Positions 18,801 to 36,954 of a stretch of DNA of 64,000 nt are shown here, one piece after another. Position 1 is the stretch's first letter. Each line of letters starts with the position of its first letter. The stretch covers positions 1-64,000 of the forward strand of contig JBDTZG010000009.1 in the NCBI GenBank assembly GCA_040005235.1. The letters run 5' to 3'. The position numbers and the translations under genes are program-made. The notes under the pieces are model-generated. The model made no database searches, was not told the origin of the DNA, and saw nothing but the letters and a program-made list of their open reading frames with translations. Source of the DNA: Acidobacteriota bacterium. GTDB lineage: Bacteria; Acidobacteriota; Thermoanaerobaculia; Multivoradales; UBA5704.

Positions 18801-20740
18801 CCGAGCGGAAATCGCGCCTGCGTCCACAGCAGGCGGTTGGCGATCGCGCGATGGGAGATCATCACGCCTTTGGGCTCGCCGGAAGAACCTGAGGTGTAGA
18901 TGACGTACGCCAGGCTGTCCCGTCGCCATTCCGGCACCGGGCCTACCCCCAGCTCCTCCTTCAACTCCGGTTCGTCCAGCCGAAGGTGGACCCGAGGAAC
19001 GCTCAGGCACTCGCCGCCGATCTCCACCGGTCCCGCGGTGACCAGCGCCACCGGCCGTGCATTCCTGACGATGAGATCCTGCCGGTCCGGCGGCGCCGCC
19101 GGATCGAGCGGCAGGTAGGCGCCGCCCGCTTTGAGGATTCCGAGCAACGCGATCACCATCTCGGGCGATCGCTCCAAGAGCACACCCACGACGGTCTCCG
19201 GCCCAACCCCCGAACGTCTCAGACGGCGGGCGAGGGCGGTCGCGCGGAGATCGAGCTCCCGGTAACTCATCTCGCCGTCCGGCCACGCCAGGGCCGTCGC
19301 CTCGGGGCTCCTCGCCGTTTGCGCTGCGACCAGCTCGTGGATACCGGGGCTCGCGCCCCAGGATCGCGAGGTGTCGTTCCATTCGACGACGATCTGGTGG
19401 CGTTCCGCAGCCGCCAGCCAGGGGAGGTCCGCCACGCGGCGCTCCGGCAGCTCGACGAACGCCTTGAACCACGCCGCCAGGCGGTCGAGGAGGCGCCGCG
19501 CTCCGACCTTCTGAAAGCGGGTCTGGTCGTACTCCAGGCGCAGCGCCAGGCCGTCGTTCGGCGATGCGGAGAGCGTCAACGGAAACGTCGCCTGGCCGGT
19601 CGAGCGAATTCGGGTGATCGCGATTTCGCGGCTCTGGACCAACGTCTCGGCGAGATCCTGGTCCACCAGGAAGTTTTGGAACACCAGCAGGCTCTCGAAC
19701 AGGGATCGGCCGGCAGGCACCTCGCTCCAGCTCTGTACGTCGGCGAGCAGGCAATGCTCATGCTCTCGCGTCTCGTACTGCTGCCGCTGGATGTCGCGCA
19801 GGAACCCGACGAGAGGGGCGGCATAACGGACCCTTACCCTCACCGGAACCGTGTTGATGAACAAGCCGATGATTCCTTCCGCGCCGGCAAGCTCGGCCGG
19901 GCGACCCGAGACCACGGAACCGAAGACCACGTCCTCCTCGCCGCTGTACAAGCTGAGCAGAAGGGCCCAAGCACCTTGGACCAGGGTGTTCTGGGTGATC
20001 TGCGCCCGGCGCGCCATGGTGGCCACCGCCGCGGCCGCTTCCGGCTCAAGGCGGAGAGTCTCGGCAGCATGCCCGACGCCGGAGGGGCCATCGCTCGGCA
20101 AGGGGGTGGGCGCGGAGAAGCCCTCCAAAGTCCGGCGCCAATAGTCCTCGTCGGACCCGGCACCCTCGCGACCGAGCAGCCAGGCGATGTAGTCCCGATA
20201 AGGCACCGGCCGATCCAGCACCAGCGGTCGCCCGGCGCGATACGCGTCGTACAGAGAGAAGACCTCGCGAATCACAACGCTGCCGCACCAGCCGTCGAGC
20301 AGGATGTGATGAAAAGTCCAGGCGAGATGGTGGGCCTGTTCGCCGGTCCGGACGAGCACCAGACGCATGAGGGGCGGGACCTGCAGGGACCGATGGCCCC
20401 GGCGCCGCTCAGAGAGCAACAGATCCTCCAAGCGGCTCTCCTGTTCCGCCGTGGACAACGCCCGCCAATCCATCTGAGCGAGGGGGAGGTTCACTTGCCG
20501 GCAGACGATCTGGAGCGGCTCGTCCAGATCCTCCCACTCGAAGGCGGTGCGCAGGACGGCGTGCCGGTCGATCACCGTCCTCCATGCCCTGGCGAGCGAA
20601 TCGACATCGAGGACACCCGACAGCGAGCCGCAGAGCTGCTGCCAATACGCCCCCTCCTGCTCCTGATAAAGGGAGTGGAAAAGCATCCCTTTCTGCATTG
20701 GAGAGAGGGGATAGATGTCCTCGACCGTTTGCACCGTCAT
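12869..20740 (-). CDS. NRPS: C(DCL-like)-A(Gln)-T-C-A(Dab)-T-C(terminal)
   Basis: 2623 aa. It starts EDIYPLSPMQKGMLFH with HHILLDG. A codes DAWQFGLIDK (Gln-type) and DIWEITADDK (Dab-type), two GGHS T domains, and a final C with HHVAADE. Confidence 0.96.
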   Translation of the reverse strand: MTVQTVEDIYPLSPMQKGMLFHSLYQEQEGAYWQQLCGSLSGVLDVDSLARAWRTVIDRHAVLRTAFEWEDLDEPLQIVCRQVNLPLAQMDWRALSTAEQESRLEDLLLSERRRGHRSLQVPPLMRLVLVRTGEQAHHLAWTFHHILLDGWCGSVVIREVFSLYDAYRAGRPLVLDRPVPYRDYIAWLLGREGAGSDEDYWRRTLEGFSAPTPLPSDGPSGVGHAAETLRLEPEAAAAVATMARRAQITQNTLVQGAWALLLSLYSGEEDVVFGSVVSGRPAELAGAEGIIGLFINTVPVRVRVRYAAPLVGFLRDIQRQQYETREHEHCLLADVQSWSEVPAGRSLFESLLVFQNFLVDQDLAETLVQSREIAITRIRSTGQATFPLTLSASPNDGLALRLEYDQTRFQKVGARRLLDRLAAWFKAFVELPERRVADLPWLAAAERHQIVVEWNDTSRSWGASPGIHELVAAQTARSPEATALAWPDGEMSYRELDLRATALARRLRRSGVGPETVVGVLLERSPEMVIALLGILKAGGAYLPLDPAAPPDRQDLIVRNARPVALVTAGPVEIGGECLSVPRVHLRLDEPELKEELGVGPVPEWRRDSLAYVIYTSGSSGEPKGVMISHRAIANRLLWTQARFPLGSGDCLLQKTPFVFDASVWEIFVPLLGGARLFLAEAGGHRDASYLLRAVADRSVTVLQLVPSMLGVLLQEPGVEEKASGLRRMFCGGEALAPALVSRFFERLPGVELCNLYGPTEVAIDATSWICALGQEQIPIGRPLDNVRTWVLGPERRPVPAGAVGVLHVGGVGLARGYLRSAGLTAERFVPDPLSGVAGERLYDTGDRVRQRPDGALEYLGRADQQVKVRGFRIEPGEIESVLSRHPAVQGAVVRVLEAPTAGGGGSRLVAYLAHGPNAAPQAGELRSFLARSLPEHMVPAGFVFLESLPRTAGGKVDRRALPIPSEPAEESAVAPRSPVEEILADIWQEVLGVARPGAHDHFFALGGHSLLATQVISRVRKIFGLEVPLRVLFEGPTLGEFAARVEQGLAGDDRSEAPPIEPVSRAAPLPLSFAQQRLWFLHQLEPESPAYNIALSLRLLGRLAPAVLESSLGELVRRHEGLRTSFPATEGQPVQEIAPASPVRLPCLDLEAVPETMRSDEIRRLARRVADAPFALQTGPLLRFALLRSEPDDHVLLLTLHHAIADGWSLAILVHDVVALYGAFLAGRPSPLADLAIQYADYAHWQRRWLEGEVLEGQLAYWRENLAGAPQVIELPTDRIRPAMQGSRGAALPVALPVDLTRRLKRLGGEEGVTPFMTLLAAFQIVLGRTSGRLEVCVGTPVAGRNRLETEGLVGLLLNALVLRGDLSGNPRFRELLGRVRETTLGAYAHQDVPFELLVEELRPERSLSHSPLYQVMLILQNTPQVASELPGLRIEGMPREHTKSNLDLTLNLAEAEGALVGSIEYSTDLFDAVTVERLLRHFEALLAGIADGSELPVAELPLLVPGEREQLLRGWNRTERDFPSGRPFHELFRDQARRTPGAVAAVCGTSRRTYAELEEVSNRLAGRLAASGARPERLVALLADRGLDFHACMLAIWKAGCVYLPLDPLHPPERLAAILSRGSAEVLLAAEGLRTVAESALDGLPLDGRAVLLTIEDLLALPAENSPAGGIGGVSEMAYILFTSGSTGVPKGVMVEQRGMVNHLFAKIVDLELGPEDAVAQTAAQTFDISIWQFLAASLVGGRVEIFPDEVSHDPSRLADAVEACGVSILETVPSLLHALLVELESREQRRPVFAALRWLIPTGEALAPELCRQWLASYPRTPILNAYGPTECSDDVTHEPIRSAPDEEVVRVPIGLPVANTRIYVLDRFEIVPIGVPGELVVGGVGVGRGYLGEPSSTARSFVPDPFGGESGARLYRTGDLARRLRSGKLDFLGRIDHQVKVRGFRIELGEIETALNRLPQVRESAVSAIGEAVGNRFLVAYFVPAEGAEIAPGDLAAALTARLPVYMVPSVFVALASLPLTTSGKLDRKALARIELPEAAGARDGTPFTAPRTPTEELVGGIWCELLGLVRVGRGDNFFDLGGHSLLATRALSRLRLVLDVDLPLRTFFEAATVAELSERIDELRKESCGIAAPAIGPTSRDRSLPLSFAQQRLWFLDQLEPGSPFYNIPQAVRISGRLDVGHLARAVNEVTRRHEVLRTSFATIGGQPTQVIAPAEPFPLPLVDLGSLPSAVREREASRQVEQEARRPFDLRDGLPVRWSLLRVAAEDHLGLFTLHHVAADEWSMGILLGEIAALVGAFSEGLASPLPELPVQYADYSAWQRGWLAGDVLEALLSYWREQLAGELPILALPTDHPRANARSFRGERTVFTLPLELTRDLHALSRREGTTLFMTLLAAFDVLLFRTTAQEDLVVGTAIAGRDRVETEPLIGFFINMLPLRVRISPTSTFRNLLRQVREISLGAFAHQELPFDKLVEELQPDRQSGEAPIFQVAFGLRNLDMESHEVSGLSLRPVSAATETVRFDLTLWMSEEPAGLRAAWTWRSDLFASATIERMNSRFRTLLESIVAQPDTAVDALEMHSDDEKERRAKEEAIGRAASYEKFKSFKPKGVMRPEVGHE

Positions 20741-20744
20741 CTCG

Positions 20745-27206
<6,462 letters not shown>

Positions 27207-27223
27207 GCCGTCTCTCGCGACCG

Positions 27224-30200
27224 TCACGCCAGGCGCGTCAAGAGATCGTCCAGCTCGTCCTGGCTGAGCTGCACGTCGGGAAAGTCGGACGGGGTGTAGC
27301 CCGACGCCTCGGGCGACAGACAATGGGCGATCAGGCCCCGCAGCTGCTCGATCAGGCCCGCGGCCAGCCGCTCGATCGTGGCTCGATGATGCACCGCTTC
27401 GCTGTATCCGATCTCCAACCTGAGACACCCAGCCACGACGCTGCCGTGAACGTCCACGAGGTACCGGCGCCGGGCGAGCGGGCTCAAAGGCGGACCCGCC
27501 GATCCGGTCGAGGCGGGTTCCAGCGGCGAAGAGCTGGCGACGACGTGGTCGAGCTGCCCCAGGTAATTGAGCCGTACCTCCGCCTCGGGAAATGCCGCGA
27601 GACGGCGGGAGATCTCGTCATCCGCCGCCCGATAGCGCAGCAGGCCGTACCCCATTCCCCGCCCCGGCACGCAACGGAGCTGTTCCTTGACGTGTTTGAG
27701 CACGCCGCCGAGGTCGCGAAGCCCGGAGGTCGCGAGCCAGACCGGGTACACGGAGGTGAACCAACCGACCGTGCGAACCAGGTCCACGTCGGGGAAGATC
27801 TCCTCCCGGCCATGCCCTTCCATCTCGAGCAGCAGCGCGTCGTCACCGGTCCACGACGAAAAGGCAAGGACGAGGGCGGCCACCAGGGCGTCTTCGATCT
27901 GCGTGTTGTAGGCCCTGGGCACCTCCTGCAGGAGATCGCGGGTCTCGCTCTCGCTCAGGCTCACCCGCAGATTTCGCGCCGAGGAGACCGTGTTTCCACC
28001 GCCTTTTACGTCGCGCGGCAAGCGAGGCGCCCGCCGTCGCGCATCGGCCGCCCAGTACCCGATCTCGCCCACGATCTCGGCCGACCGGGAATGTTTCACC
28101 AACCGCTCCGCCCATTCCTTGAACGAGGTCGTCTTGTCGGGGAGCCGCGCCGGCTCTCGGCGATCGAAGCACGTCCAAACGGAAGAGAGGTCTTCCACCA
28201 GAATGCGCCAGGACACTCCGTCCACGGCTAGATGGTGAACCGCGATCAGCAGCCGGCTCGGCTCCTCGCCAAGATCGAAGCGCACCGCCCGAACCAGCGG
28301 CCCGTGCTCCAGGTCGAGGCTGCGCTGAACCTGAACGACCCTGCGGTCCGATTCGCCCGCGGCTTCTCGTGTGACCGCCGAGAGGTCCACCACCGAGAAC
28401 GGGGGCTTGTCGGCCGGAGGTGCGTTGTGCTGTTTCCAGACCCCATCCTCGTGTCGGAAACGCAGGCGCAACGCGTCATGATGTGCCAGGAGATGCCACA
28501 GCGCGGCGGGCAGGAGGTTCGGATCGAGCCCGGGCCGCAGCTCGAGCAGTAGCGACATGTTCCAGTGCCACGGCTCGGGAGAATTCAACTCGAAGAAGCG
28601 GCGCTGAATCGGCAAGAGAGGCACCCGGCCGGTGACGATCCCCTGCTCCGCCCGCACGGTCGGAGACGTACCGGCCAAGGCGGCGAGCTCGGCGATCGTC
28701 TGGCATTGGAAGATCTGCCGCGGGGTGAGGCGCAGTCCGGCCCGATTGGCCCGCGCGACGATCTGAATGCTCAGAATCGAGTCGCCGCCGAGGCGGAAGA
28801 AATTGTCGTGGACACCGATCTCCTCCCGGCCGAGGACTTCGCTCCAGATCGAGCGGAGGGTCTCTTCCGCGGCGGTTCTCGGCTCGACGACGCCCGACTC
28901 ATCTCGGACCGGTGCCTCGCCCGCCATCGACAGAGCCGCACGGTCCACCTTGCCGTTCGGCGTCCGCGGCAGCGCTTCGAAAAGCAGGAACCGGTTCGGC
29001 ACCAGGGCCTCGGGCAAGGTGCGGCGAAGAAAGCTGCGCAGCTCGTCGGTGCCCGGCGGCAGGGCCGTCGCCGGAGCAAGAGCCGGGGTATACCAGGCGA
29101 CCAGCGAGGCGGCGCCTCGCGGCTCGGCATCGCCTTGCCAAACCTGCACGAAAACCTCGCCCACTCCGGGATGCCGCAAGAGCGCGGCGGCGACCTCCCC
29201 CGGCTCGACGCGAATGCCGCGGATCTTCACCTGCTGATCGATGCGTCCGAGAAACTCCAGGTCTCCGCTTCCCGGCAGATGCCGCACCAGGTCTCCGGTC
29301 CGATAGAGCCGCCCTCCGGGCTCCTCGCCGAAGAGGTCGGGGACGAAGCGCTCCGCGGTGGCGTCCGGCTGGTCCAAGTAACCTCGGGATACCGTCGCCC
29401 CGCCGATCGCGAGCTCGCCGGGAACGCCGGGAGGCATCGGCTCCTGCCCGGACCCCAAAACGTAGAGGCGGGCGCCGGCCAGAGGCCTGCCGAGAGGCAC
29501 CGTCGAGCCCGAGCGCGGAAACGCCCGATCCGCCGCCCGATCGACTTGATACGTGACGACTCCGACCGTCGCCTCGGTCGGACCGTAGTGATTGAACAGA
29601 GCGCAATCGGGGGCCAGGGCGCGGAGGCGTCCGGCGAGGTCCCAGGTCAACGCCTCCCCCCCGAGCACCAGCGTCCGCCGGGGCAGGACTCCCGCGGCGT
29701 CCGCACCGGCGAGCAGTGCAGCGAGGTGGCCGGGCACGATCTTCAAACAGTCGACCCCTCCGCGCGCGTGGAAACCGGCGGCGAGTCGATCGGGATCCCG
29801 GATCTCGTCCTCCCCGGCGACGTACAGGCACCCGCCGAGACAGAGCGACGGCAACAGCATGGTATGCCCCAGGTCGGCGGCAAAGGTCGAGACATGGGCG
29901 AAGGTGAGCCCGCCGGTGAAATCCAACCGGTCGGCGACGGCATCGAGATAGGCGAGCGCCTGCCGGTGCTCAACCCCCACGCCTTTGGGCCGGCCGGTGG
30001 AGCCGGAGGTGAACAGCACGTAGGCCAAGCTCTCCGGCTCGGTCCGGCTGCCCGGTTTCCGGTCGCTTTCCCCCGCGACCTGGCGGTTCCAATCGGCATC
30101 GATCCGCACGACCTTCGCCGTGACCGACGGCGTGAGATCCGTCAAGCCGGCCTGGGTGACCAGAACCGCCGCACCGATGTCCGCGAGCAGGCTGGAGATC

Positions 30201-33200
30201 CGCTCGGCCGGCCAGGCCAGGTCGAGCGGGACAAAAGCTCCTCCCGCCTTGAGCACCGCGAGCATCGCCACCACCGTCTCGGCGGAGCGCTCCAGGCAGA
30301 TGCCCACCCGCACCTCCGGCCCGACGCCGAGCTTTTGGAGAGCGTTGGCCAACCGGTTGGCTCGCGCGTCGAGCTCCACGAAGCGCAACGCCCAGCCCTC
30401 GCCGGCCAGTGCTTCGGCGTCGGGAGTCCGCCGGCACTGCTCTTCGAACCGCTCGTGGATCGAGCCGCGCGGCTTCGGCGCAGCCGCTTCCGGATTCCAC
30501 TCGACCAGCACCCTTCGGCGTTCGGCCGGGCGCAACAACGGCAACTCGCCGAGGTGCCGCTCCGGCGTCTCGGCCGCCGCGGCGAGCAGGCACTCCAACG
30601 CCGCGAGCATTCGATCGACGGTCGTCGCCTCGAACAGATCGGTGCTGTACTGGAGCACCACCTGCAGACCCCCCAGAGTTTCTCCCGCCATCAGCTCCAG
30701 GTCGAACTTGGTGGTCCGGCGCTCGATTTCGACCGTCGTCACCTCTATCGCGCCCAGCCGCAGATCCGCTTCCGGAGCATTGCGCACCGTCAACATCGCT
30801 TGGAAGAGCGGTGAGAGGGCGAGGCTCCGCTCGATCTGCATTTCGTCGACCAGCTTTTCGAACGGGAGGTCCTGATGCGTGTAGGCGCCGAGGGTCTCCT
30901 CTCGGACCTGTGCGAGAAGCTCGCGGAACCGGCTCACCTCCGCCAGGCGTGCCCGCAGGACCAGGGTATTGACGAAGAACCCGATCAGCCCTTCGGTCTC
31001 CAGGCGATCTCGGCCGGCGATGGGAGTACCGACCGCCAGATCGTCCTGCCGGGCATACCGCCCCAAGAGGGCTTGAAAACCCGCTAGCAGGGTCATGAAC
31101 AGCGTCGTCCCCGCGCGGCGTCCCAGGGCGACCAGCGCCCGTAACAGGGGCTCGGACCAGACGACCTCCCGCTGGCTGCCGCGGTGGCTGTGCACCGGCG
31201 GCCGCGGCCGGTCGAGCGGCAGGTCGAGCCGGGGAGGCAATCCGTTCAAACGCGCTTCCCACCACTTCACCTGGGCGGCCAGCACCTCGCCCGCAAGCCA
31301 ACGTCGCTGCCAGGCGGAGTAGTCGGCGTACTGTACCGGCAGCTCCGCCAGCCCCGGGGACTCGCGCCGGACCAAGGCGGCATAGATCGCCGAAAGCTCG
31401 CGGGCCAGGATGCTGATCGACCAGGCGTCGCTCACGATGTGATGCAGGGTGAGCAGGACCCGGTGCTCGGCCGACTCTTGAGACGCCACCAGAAGCAGCA
31501 GCAGAGGGCGCAGCAGCGGTCCCCGCGCCAGGTCGAAAGGGCGCAGCGCCTCGACCGAGATCAGCTCGCGGGCCGTCGCCTCCCGGCGCTCGGCAGAAAG
31601 CCGACTCAGGTCGATCGCCGGCAGGCGCGTCGAGCGCACCGGCTCGATCACCTGCACCGGGCGGCCGTCGATCGCCGCGAACCGCGTCCGCAAGACCTCA
31701 TGGCGACGCACCACCTCGCCCAGGGAGGCCGCCAAAGCCGCGGCGTCGAGCCGGCCCACGAGGTGCAACGCCAAGGGATTGTTGTAGGACGCGCTCTCCG
31801 GATCGAGCTGGTTGAGGAACCAGAGCCGCTGTTGCGCGAACGAGAGCGCCAGCTCCCCGGCCCGGCTCACCGGTTCGACCGCCGGGGCGGCGAGCCCGGG
31901 CGCCAGGCGCAACTGCTCCTCGATCTGCAGGGCGAGCCCCGCCACGGTCGGCGCTTCGAACAGCTTGCGCAGCGGCAGCTCCAGACGGAAGGCCTCGCGG
32001 ACCCGCGACATCAACTGGGTGGCGAGCAGCGAGTGCCCCCCTAGATCGAAAAAGCTCTGGTCGATCCCGACGCGCTCGACCCCGAGCAGGTCCGACCACA
32101 GGCTCACCAGCACCTCCTCGAACGGTGTCCGGGGGAGGGCAACCGCCGCACCCCCTCCACCGGAAACCTCCTCCGGAGCCGGCAGCGCAGCGCGGTCGGT
32201 CTTGCCGTTGCGGGTGAGCGGCAACTCGCGCAGCACCACGATCGCCGCGGGCACCATGTAATCGGGCAGCCGGCCACGGACCTGTTCGCGCAGCTCGGCG
32301 CCGGTCGGCGGCGCTTTGGAATCGGAACGAGATGCCTGCTCGGTCCGCACGTCGGCTCGTGGGCTCGGCACGAAGGCGAGACCCCGGCGATGGGCGTACA
32401 GATTGAAACGATCGGTGCCGACCAGCAGCTCGTCCTGCTCCACCGTCACCTCGAAACCCCTGGCTTCGAGGAAGCGACGCAGCTCTTTGCTACGCCCCTC
32501 GCTCTCGCTGCCGGCTTCGTCGTGGACCTCCATCACCACCTGGGCCACCTTCGGCCAGTCCGTTTCCGCGAGCCCGGCCAGCACATCCATCTCCGCCCGC
32601 TGGACGTCGATCTTTAGCAGGTCGATCCGCTCGACACCCTCTTCCTCGATGACGTCGGACAGCCTGCGCAGGCGGCATTCGATCTCCTCTCCGGCGAACC
32701 GACCGGCGAGCAGGTCGTCCGCCTCGGCCAAGAGTGCGGTGGCGTGCGCAGAGCCCTTTTGCTCCTCGTTTCGCAGAAAGCGCTTGACCACCTCGACCTC
32801 GTCCTCAGGCACCGCGTAGCCCGCGAGCCCGGACATCATCGAGTAGCGCGGGTAGTAGGTGAACCGCGCCGACTCCTCGCGCCGCGAAAGACCATGGCGA
32901 AACAGACGAAACTCGATGCCCGCCGACGCGAGGTTCGCGCTCAAGGTCTCGAAGATCGGCCCGATCGGCTCGAAGGCGAACACCCGGGCACCGCGGCTGC
33001 GCTCGGCGACGAACAGCGAGAACATCCCGATGTTGGCTCCCACGTCGAAGACGCAGGCGTTCTCCGGCAATACGATGCCGTGCCGGACGTAGGTATCCTT
33101 CTCGAAGATCTCCTGGTACAGATATTCGGTCTCGTTTCGGTTCTGGTGAGCGACCCACAGGCCGTTCGGCAAGCGATGGCGCGGGCGGCCGGACGGAAGG

Positions 33201-35914
33201 CGCCGGCCCTCGCGGACCACCACGTAACCCACCAGGCGCTTCTCGCCGGACGCCTCGTCGCGCAGCACCACCACGGACTGATCCACCCCGGGACAGGCCG
33301 CAAGAGCCGCCTCGACCTCGCCGAGCTCGATCCGGAAACCGCGGATCTTGACCTGGTGGTCGGTTCGCCCGAGAAACTCCAGGTTGCCGTCGGGCAGATA
33401 GCGAACCAGATCGCCGGTGCGGTACAAGCGTTCCCCGGGGGCGGCACCGAACGAATCGGGAACGAATTTCTCGGCGGTCTGGCTCGGCCGGCCCAGGTAG
33501 CCGCGGGCGACTCCATCTCCCCCGACCCAGAGCTCTCCCGGCGCCTCATCGAGCGCGAGCGATCGGTCCGGAGTCACGACATAGAGGCGGACGTTGCCGA
33601 TCGCGCGGCCGATCGAAGGGTGAAGCGGCGCGCCGTCGATCCGGCAGACCGCGGCGTCGACGGTGCATTCGGTCGGGCCGTAGACATTGAAAAAAGGCTG
33701 GCCGGCCACCGCCGCAAGCTCGGCCCACAGGGCGGCGTCGATCGCCTCGCCGCCCACCAGGTAGCGGCGCGGCAGCGTCGGCGGCGCCGGGATCGAGAAG
33801 AGGCCGGCGGCGGCGAGCAACCGCAGCTGGGACGGCGTGCAGTCCAGGACATCGATCCTTTGCTCGGCGACGAAGCGCAGCAGCTCTTCGCCATCCGGCC
33901 GGACGTCATCCGGCACCAGGACCAGGCAGCGGCCGAACGTGAGCTGGACCCACTGTTTGACCGAAGCATCGAAGGTCAAAGGGGCGTTGACGCTCACCCT
34001 CAAAGCCTCGTCGCCCAGACCCGCATACACCGACCGCGCGAGCGCCCGCGAAAGGTTGACCACCGAGCGGTGGCGGATCATGACCCCTTTGGGGCGGCCC
34101 GTCGAACCCGAAGTGTAGAGCGCATAGGCGGCGTTTTCCGGCACCGCCAAAGCGGCCGGATCGCCGTCGGCCCAGGCACCGAGATCGGCACCCGGGGGGG
34201 TCTCCCCGTCGAGGACGAGCCATCGTGCGCGGCTCTCGGACGCCCGCGTCCCGAGCGCCGTCTGGGTCAAGACGATCGTCGCACCGGCGTCTGCCACCAT
34301 CGATTCCAGGCGCCCGCCGGGCTGGGAGGGATCGAGCGGCAGGTAGGCCCCTCCCGCTTTCAGGATGCCCAGGACCGCGACGATCTGGTCCACCGAACGC
34401 TCCAGGCAGAGGCCGACGAAGGATTCCGGCCCGACCCCGAGCGCCCGCAGCGCGTGCGCCAACCGGTTCGCTCGCCGGTTCAGCGCGCCGAAGCTCAAGC
34501 TCTCCCCTAGGAATGAGACCGCCGGAGCTTCCGGATGGAAAGCGGCGGCCGCCTCGAAAAGACTATGAACGCACGTCTCTCGCGGGTAATCGGCCGCCGT
34601 GGCGTTGCGCTCCTCAACGAGGAGTCTCCGCTCCGCCCTCGGCATGATCTCCAAGTCCCCCACCGCTCGGAGCGGATCCGCGGCCACGCTTGCGAGCAGC
34701 GTCTCGAAACGCTCCAGCAGCCGTTTCATCGCGCTCTGCCGATAGACCGCCGGGGCGTAGTGGAGGGTGAGCTCCAGCCCCTCGGGCGTGCGCTCTGCCG
34801 CGAGACGGAGTTTCATCGGCTCCAACTGCGACCGCCGGTGGCGAAGGGCAAAGCGGAGGTCCCCGACCCGGTGCTCCGCGCCGGCCGCACCCCGAAACTC
34901 GAATCCGACCGGAGACGCAGCCGGGGCTCCGGCGGCTTCCGACTGCCCGGCCCAAGAGAAGAAATCCTGGCGCGCGCAAGCGCTCGCGTCCGCCTCTCCG
35001 ATCAGGCTCACGGCTTCGGCGAAGGGAAAGTGCGGCTCCGGCGCGAAGCGCAGGGGAAGGTATTTCTCGAACAGCCCCAAGGCACCTTGCAGCGGCTCGA
35101 CGTTGCGCCCATCGGCCAGCCGCCAAACGGTGACCGGCACCCCGCCGCCGACGCGCCAAAGCAAGAGGCCCCAACCGGCGAGCAGGGTGACCGGCAAGGA
35201 CGCCGGTCGATCGAGCTTCGCGGCGAGGCCCTTGGGCAGCAGCACCGTGAACGCCCGGGTCTCGCCGCGGTCTCCCCCCGCCGCTCCCTCGAACGGGAGG
35301 CGGACCTCGGGGAATCCCGCCAGCGCCTCGCGCCGCCAGAACTCGCGTTCCTCAATGCCGTCGGGAGAGTCTAGAAGCTCGTTTTGCCACTCCGAAAAAT
35401 CGACGTACTGCACCACTTCCTCGTCGAAGTCGCCGCCGTCGAGCAAGGCGCCGTAGCAACGCGCGAGGTCCTGCGTCAGGATGTCGAGACTCCGAGCGTC
35501 GGCGCACAGGGCCGGCAGCGTGATCAACAGCAGATTTCGATCCGCGGCGAGCGGCGCGCAGGCGAAGCGAACGAGCGGCCCGCGCTCGAAGTCGAAAGGC
35601 TGCCGCCGCTCCTCTTCGAGCAGGGCACCGATCTCTCCGGGATCGACGTCGCGAACCTCCAGAGCGGCCTGCTCGCCGATCACCTGCACCGGAAGGTCCA
35701 TCCCGGGCAGGCGCTGAAAACTGGCGCGCAGGATCTCGTGGCGCTCCGCCATGTTCCGGACCGCCCTGGCCAGCAGCCCGCGGTCGAGCGGCCCGTCGAT
35801 CGCCAAGGCCCCCTGAACGCACAGGCCGGCGGTGCCTCCCGGCAACAGCCAGAGCCGTCTCTGCTGCGGCGACAGCCGAAACCCCTCGATCACCAGCTGC
35901 GTCGGCTCGCTCAT
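27224..35914 (-). CDS. NRPS: I-A(Glu; FkbM-MT insert)-T-C-A(Asp)-T-E-COM
   Basis: 2896 aa. N-terminal [12 protein letters not shown] with LPALCAD in place of HHxxxDG. A codes DAKDLGVVDK and DLTKVGHVGK. MT motifs FDVGANIG and [18 protein letters not shown] precedes an E domain ([23 protein letters not shown]) and the COM tail [19 protein letters not shown]. Confidence 0.96.
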   Translation of the reverse strand: MSEPTQLVIEGFRLSPQQRRLWLLPGGTAGLCVQGALAIDGPLDRGLLARAVRNMAERHEILRASFQRLPGMDLPVQVIGEQAALEVRDVDPGEIGALLEEERRQPFDFERGPLVRFACAPLAADRNLLLITLPALCADARSLDILTQDLARCYGALLDGGDFDEEVVQYVDFSEWQNELLDSPDGIEEREFWRREALAGFPEVRLPFEGAAGGDRGETRAFTVLLPKGLAAKLDRPASLPVTLLAGWGLLLWRVGGGVPVTVWRLADGRNVEPLQGALGLFEKYLPLRFAPEPHFPFAEAVSLIGEADASACARQDFFSWAGQSEAAGAPAASPVGFEFRGAAGAEHRVGDLRFALRHRRSQLEPMKLRLAAERTPEGLELTLHYAPAVYRQSAMKRLLERFETLLASVAADPLRAVGDLEIMPRAERRLLVEERNATAADYPRETCVHSLFEAAAAFHPEAPAVSFLGESLSFGALNRRANRLAHALRALGVGPESFVGLCLERSVDQIVAVLGILKAGGAYLPLDPSQPGGRLESMVADAGATIVLTQTALGTRASESRARWLVLDGETPPGADLGAWADGDPAALAVPENAAYALYTSGSTGRPKGVMIRHRSVVNLSRALARSVYAGLGDEALRVSVNAPLTFDASVKQWVQLTFGRCLVLVPDDVRPDGEELLRFVAEQRIDVLDCTPSQLRLLAAAGLFSIPAPPTLPRRYLVGGEAIDAALWAELAAVAGQPFFNVYGPTECTVDAAVCRIDGAPLHPSIGRAIGNVRLYVVTPDRSLALDEAPGELWVGGDGVARGYLGRPSQTAEKFVPDSFGAAPGERLYRTGDLVRYLPDGNLEFLGRTDHQVKIRGFRIELGEVEAALAACPGVDQSVVVLRDEASGEKRLVGYVVVREGRRLPSGRPRHRLPNGLWVAHQNRNETEYLYQEIFEKDTYVRHGIVLPENACVFDVGANIGMFSLFVAERSRGARVFAFEPIGPIFETLSANLASAGIEFRLFRHGLSRREESARFTYYPRYSMMSGLAGYAVPEDEVEVVKRFLRNEEQKGSAHATALLAEADDLLAGRFAGEEIECRLRRLSDVIEEEGVERIDLLKIDVQRAEMDVLAGLAETDWPKVAQVVMEVHDEAGSESEGRSKELRRFLEARGFEVTVEQDELLVGTDRFNLYAHRRGLAFVPSPRADVRTEQASRSDSKAPPTGAELREQVRGRLPDYMVPAAIVVLRELPLTRNGKTDRAALPAPEEVSGGGGAAVALPRTPFEEVLVSLWSDLLGVERVGIDQSFFDLGGHSLLATQLMSRVREAFRLELPLRKLFEAPTVAGLALQIEEQLRLAPGLAAPAVEPVSRAGELALSFAQQRLWFLNQLDPESASYNNPLALHLVGRLDAAALAASLGEVVRRHEVLRTRFAAIDGRPVQVIEPVRSTRLPAIDLSRLSAERREATARELISVEALRPFDLARGPLLRPLLLLLVASQESAEHRVLLTLHHIVSDAWSISILARELSAIYAALVRRESPGLAELPVQYADYSAWQRRWLAGEVLAAQVKWWEARLNGLPPRLDLPLDRPRPPVHSHRGSQREVVWSEPLLRALVALGRRAGTTLFMTLLAGFQALLGRYARQDDLAVGTPIAGRDRLETEGLIGFFVNTLVLRARLAEVSRFRELLAQVREETLGAYTHQDLPFEKLVDEMQIERSLALSPLFQAMLTVRNAPEADLRLGAIEVTTVEIERRTTKFDLELMAGETLGGLQVVLQYSTDLFEATTVDRMLAALECLLAAAAETPERHLGELPLLRPAERRRVLVEWNPEAAAPKPRGSIHERFEEQCRRTPDAEALAGEGWALRFVELDARANRLANALQKLGVGPEVRVGICLERSAETVVAMLAVLKAGGAFVPLDLAWPAERISSLLADIGAAVLVTQAGLTDLTPSVTAKVVRIDADWNRQVAGESDRKPGSRTEPESLAYVLFTSGSTGRPKGVGVEHRQALAYLDAVADRLDFTGGLTFAHVSTFAADLGHTMLLPSLCLGGCLYVAGEDEIRDPDRLAAGFHARGGVDCLKIVPGHLAALLAGADAAGVLPRRTLVLGGEALTWDLAGRLRALAPDCALFNHYGPTEATVGVVTYQVDRAADRAFPRSGSTVPLGRPLAGARLYVLGSGQEPMPPGVPGELAIGGATVSRGYLDQPDATAERFVPDLFGEEPGGRLYRTGDLVRHLPGSGDLEFLGRIDQQVKIRGIRVEPGEVAAALLRHPGVGEVFVQVWQGDAEPRGAASLVAWYTPALAPATALPPGTDELRSFLRRTLPEALVPNRFLLFEALPRTPNGKVDRAALSMAGEAPVRDESGVVEPRTAAEETLRSIWSEVLGREEIGVHDNFFRLGGDSILSIQIVARANRAGLRLTPRQIFQCQTIAELAALAGTSPTVRAEQGIVTGRVPLLPIQRRFFELNSPEPWHWNMSLLLELRPGLDPNLLPAALWHLLAHHDALRLRFRHEDGVWKQHNAPPADKPPFSVVDLSAVTREAAGESDRRVVQVQRSLDLEHGPLVRAVRFDLGEEPSRLLIAVHHLAVDGVSWRILVEDLSSVWTCFDRREPARLPDKTTSFKEWAERLVKHSRSAEIVGEIGYWAADARRRAPRLPRDVKGGGNTVSSARNLRVSLSESETRDLLQEVPRAYNTQIEDALVAALVLAFSSWTGDDALLLEMEGHGREEIFPDVDLVRTVGWFTSVYPVWLATSGLRDLGGVLKHVKEQLRCVPGRGMGYGLLRYRAADDEISRRLAAFPEAEVRLNYLGQLDHVVASSSPLEPASTGSAGPPLSPLARRRYLVDVHGSVVAGCLRLEIGYSEAVHHRATIERLAAGLIEQLRGLIAHCLSPEASGYTPSDFPDVQLSQDELDDLLTRLA

Positions 35915-36954
35915 GCGCCCTTCTCGACGTCCTTCCAGGCGAACGGCTCAGCCATGCCGACCACGACCTTGCGCGCGCCGGTAAAGGAGCTGCGCCCGTG
36001 CGCGACGAGCATGTTGTCGAGCAACAGCAGGTCGCCCCGCTCCCAAAGGAAGCTCACCGTCTCCGCCTCGTAAATGGCGCGCAGCTCGTCGAGAACGTCC
36101 GTTTCGATCGGCGTTCCATCGCCGTAGTAGGTGTTGTTGGGCAGATCCTCCTCCGCGTAGTTGCTCCGCATCGAATCGCGCAGATCCGGCGCCAGCGTGG
36201 TGACATGGAAGAAGGTCAGGTGGTTGAACCACGAGAAATCGCCGGAGCGCGGATGGCGGCCCCCGACCGAGCGCCGCTGGCGGGTGCACAGCCGCCCTTG
36301 GCCTTTCCACTCGAAATCGATTTCATGGTCGCGGCAGTACTGCTCGACGGTCCCCTCGTCCTCGGTGCGAAAGGCCTCCTGCCAGGAGAGCCCCAGGCCG
36401 TGCCCGAAATTCCGGGCGTAGAGGTAGCCCTTCTCCTGGAACGCCCGCCGGATCGCCGGGTCGATCTTCTGGAAGACCCGCCGACAATCGGCGATCGGCG
36501 TTTCGCCGCCGGTCTCTGCCGCGGTCAGGCAAAAGAAGGCGATGCGCAGCGGAAAGACCAGGTTGTAGGACTGCTCGTTGTGCAGGAAGATAGGATGCTC
36601 CGGCGGGTAGTCGGTCGAGGTGTAGACCTTGCCGCTCACCTGGCTGCGGGGAGACGACCGCTCCGTGTAGTCGAGAGCGCTGCCGTAGAGCGATCGCAAA
36701 ACTTCCTCGAACGCCTCGACCGAGGCGAGCGGGAAGCCGCGGAACAGGATCGCACCGTTCTTGAGCAGCGCCTGCTCGATGAAATCCCGGTTGGAGGCGG
36801 CCCACGAGACCAGGTTCAATCCCTCGGCTCGTGGTCGGATCACCAACGGGAAATCGCGTTCGCCGCCCAGGTTGCCGGTCTGGATCAGCTCGTCTTCCGA
36901 CAGGCGGACGGGCTGCCTCTTGCCGGAGCGGAATTTGTCGAAGCTCGTGGTCAT
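35911..36954 (-). CDS. TauD/TfdA (SyrP-like) Fe(II)/2-oxoglutarate dioxygenase, probable beta-hydroxylase
   Basis: 347 aa with [37 protein letters not shown] and [35 protein letters not shown] overlaps on both sides suggest translational coupling. Confidence 0.92.
   Translation of the reverse strand: MTTSFDKFRSGKRQPVRLSEDELIQTGNLGGERDFPLVIRPRAEGLNLVSWAASNRDFIEQALLKNGAILFRGFPLASVEAFEEVLRSLYGSALDYTERSSPRSQVSGKVYTSTDYPPEHPIFLHNEQSYNLVFPLRIAFFCLTAAETGGETPIADCRRVFQKIDPAIRRAFQEKGYLYARNFGHGLGLSWQEAFRTEDEGTVEQYCRDHEIDFEWKGQGRLCTRQRRSVGGRHPRSGDFSWFNHLTFFHVTTLAPDLRDSMRSNYAEEDLPNNTYYGDGTPIETDVLDELRAIYEAETVSFLWERGDLLLLDNMLVAHGRSSFTGARKVVVGMAEPFAWKDVEKGA

Noticed and set aside
27207-27428. N-terminal extension of the 2227-aa ORF
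   Set aside because: It overlaps the upstream NRPS by about 200 bp and is low-complexity. C-domain similarity begins at ATG 27206.
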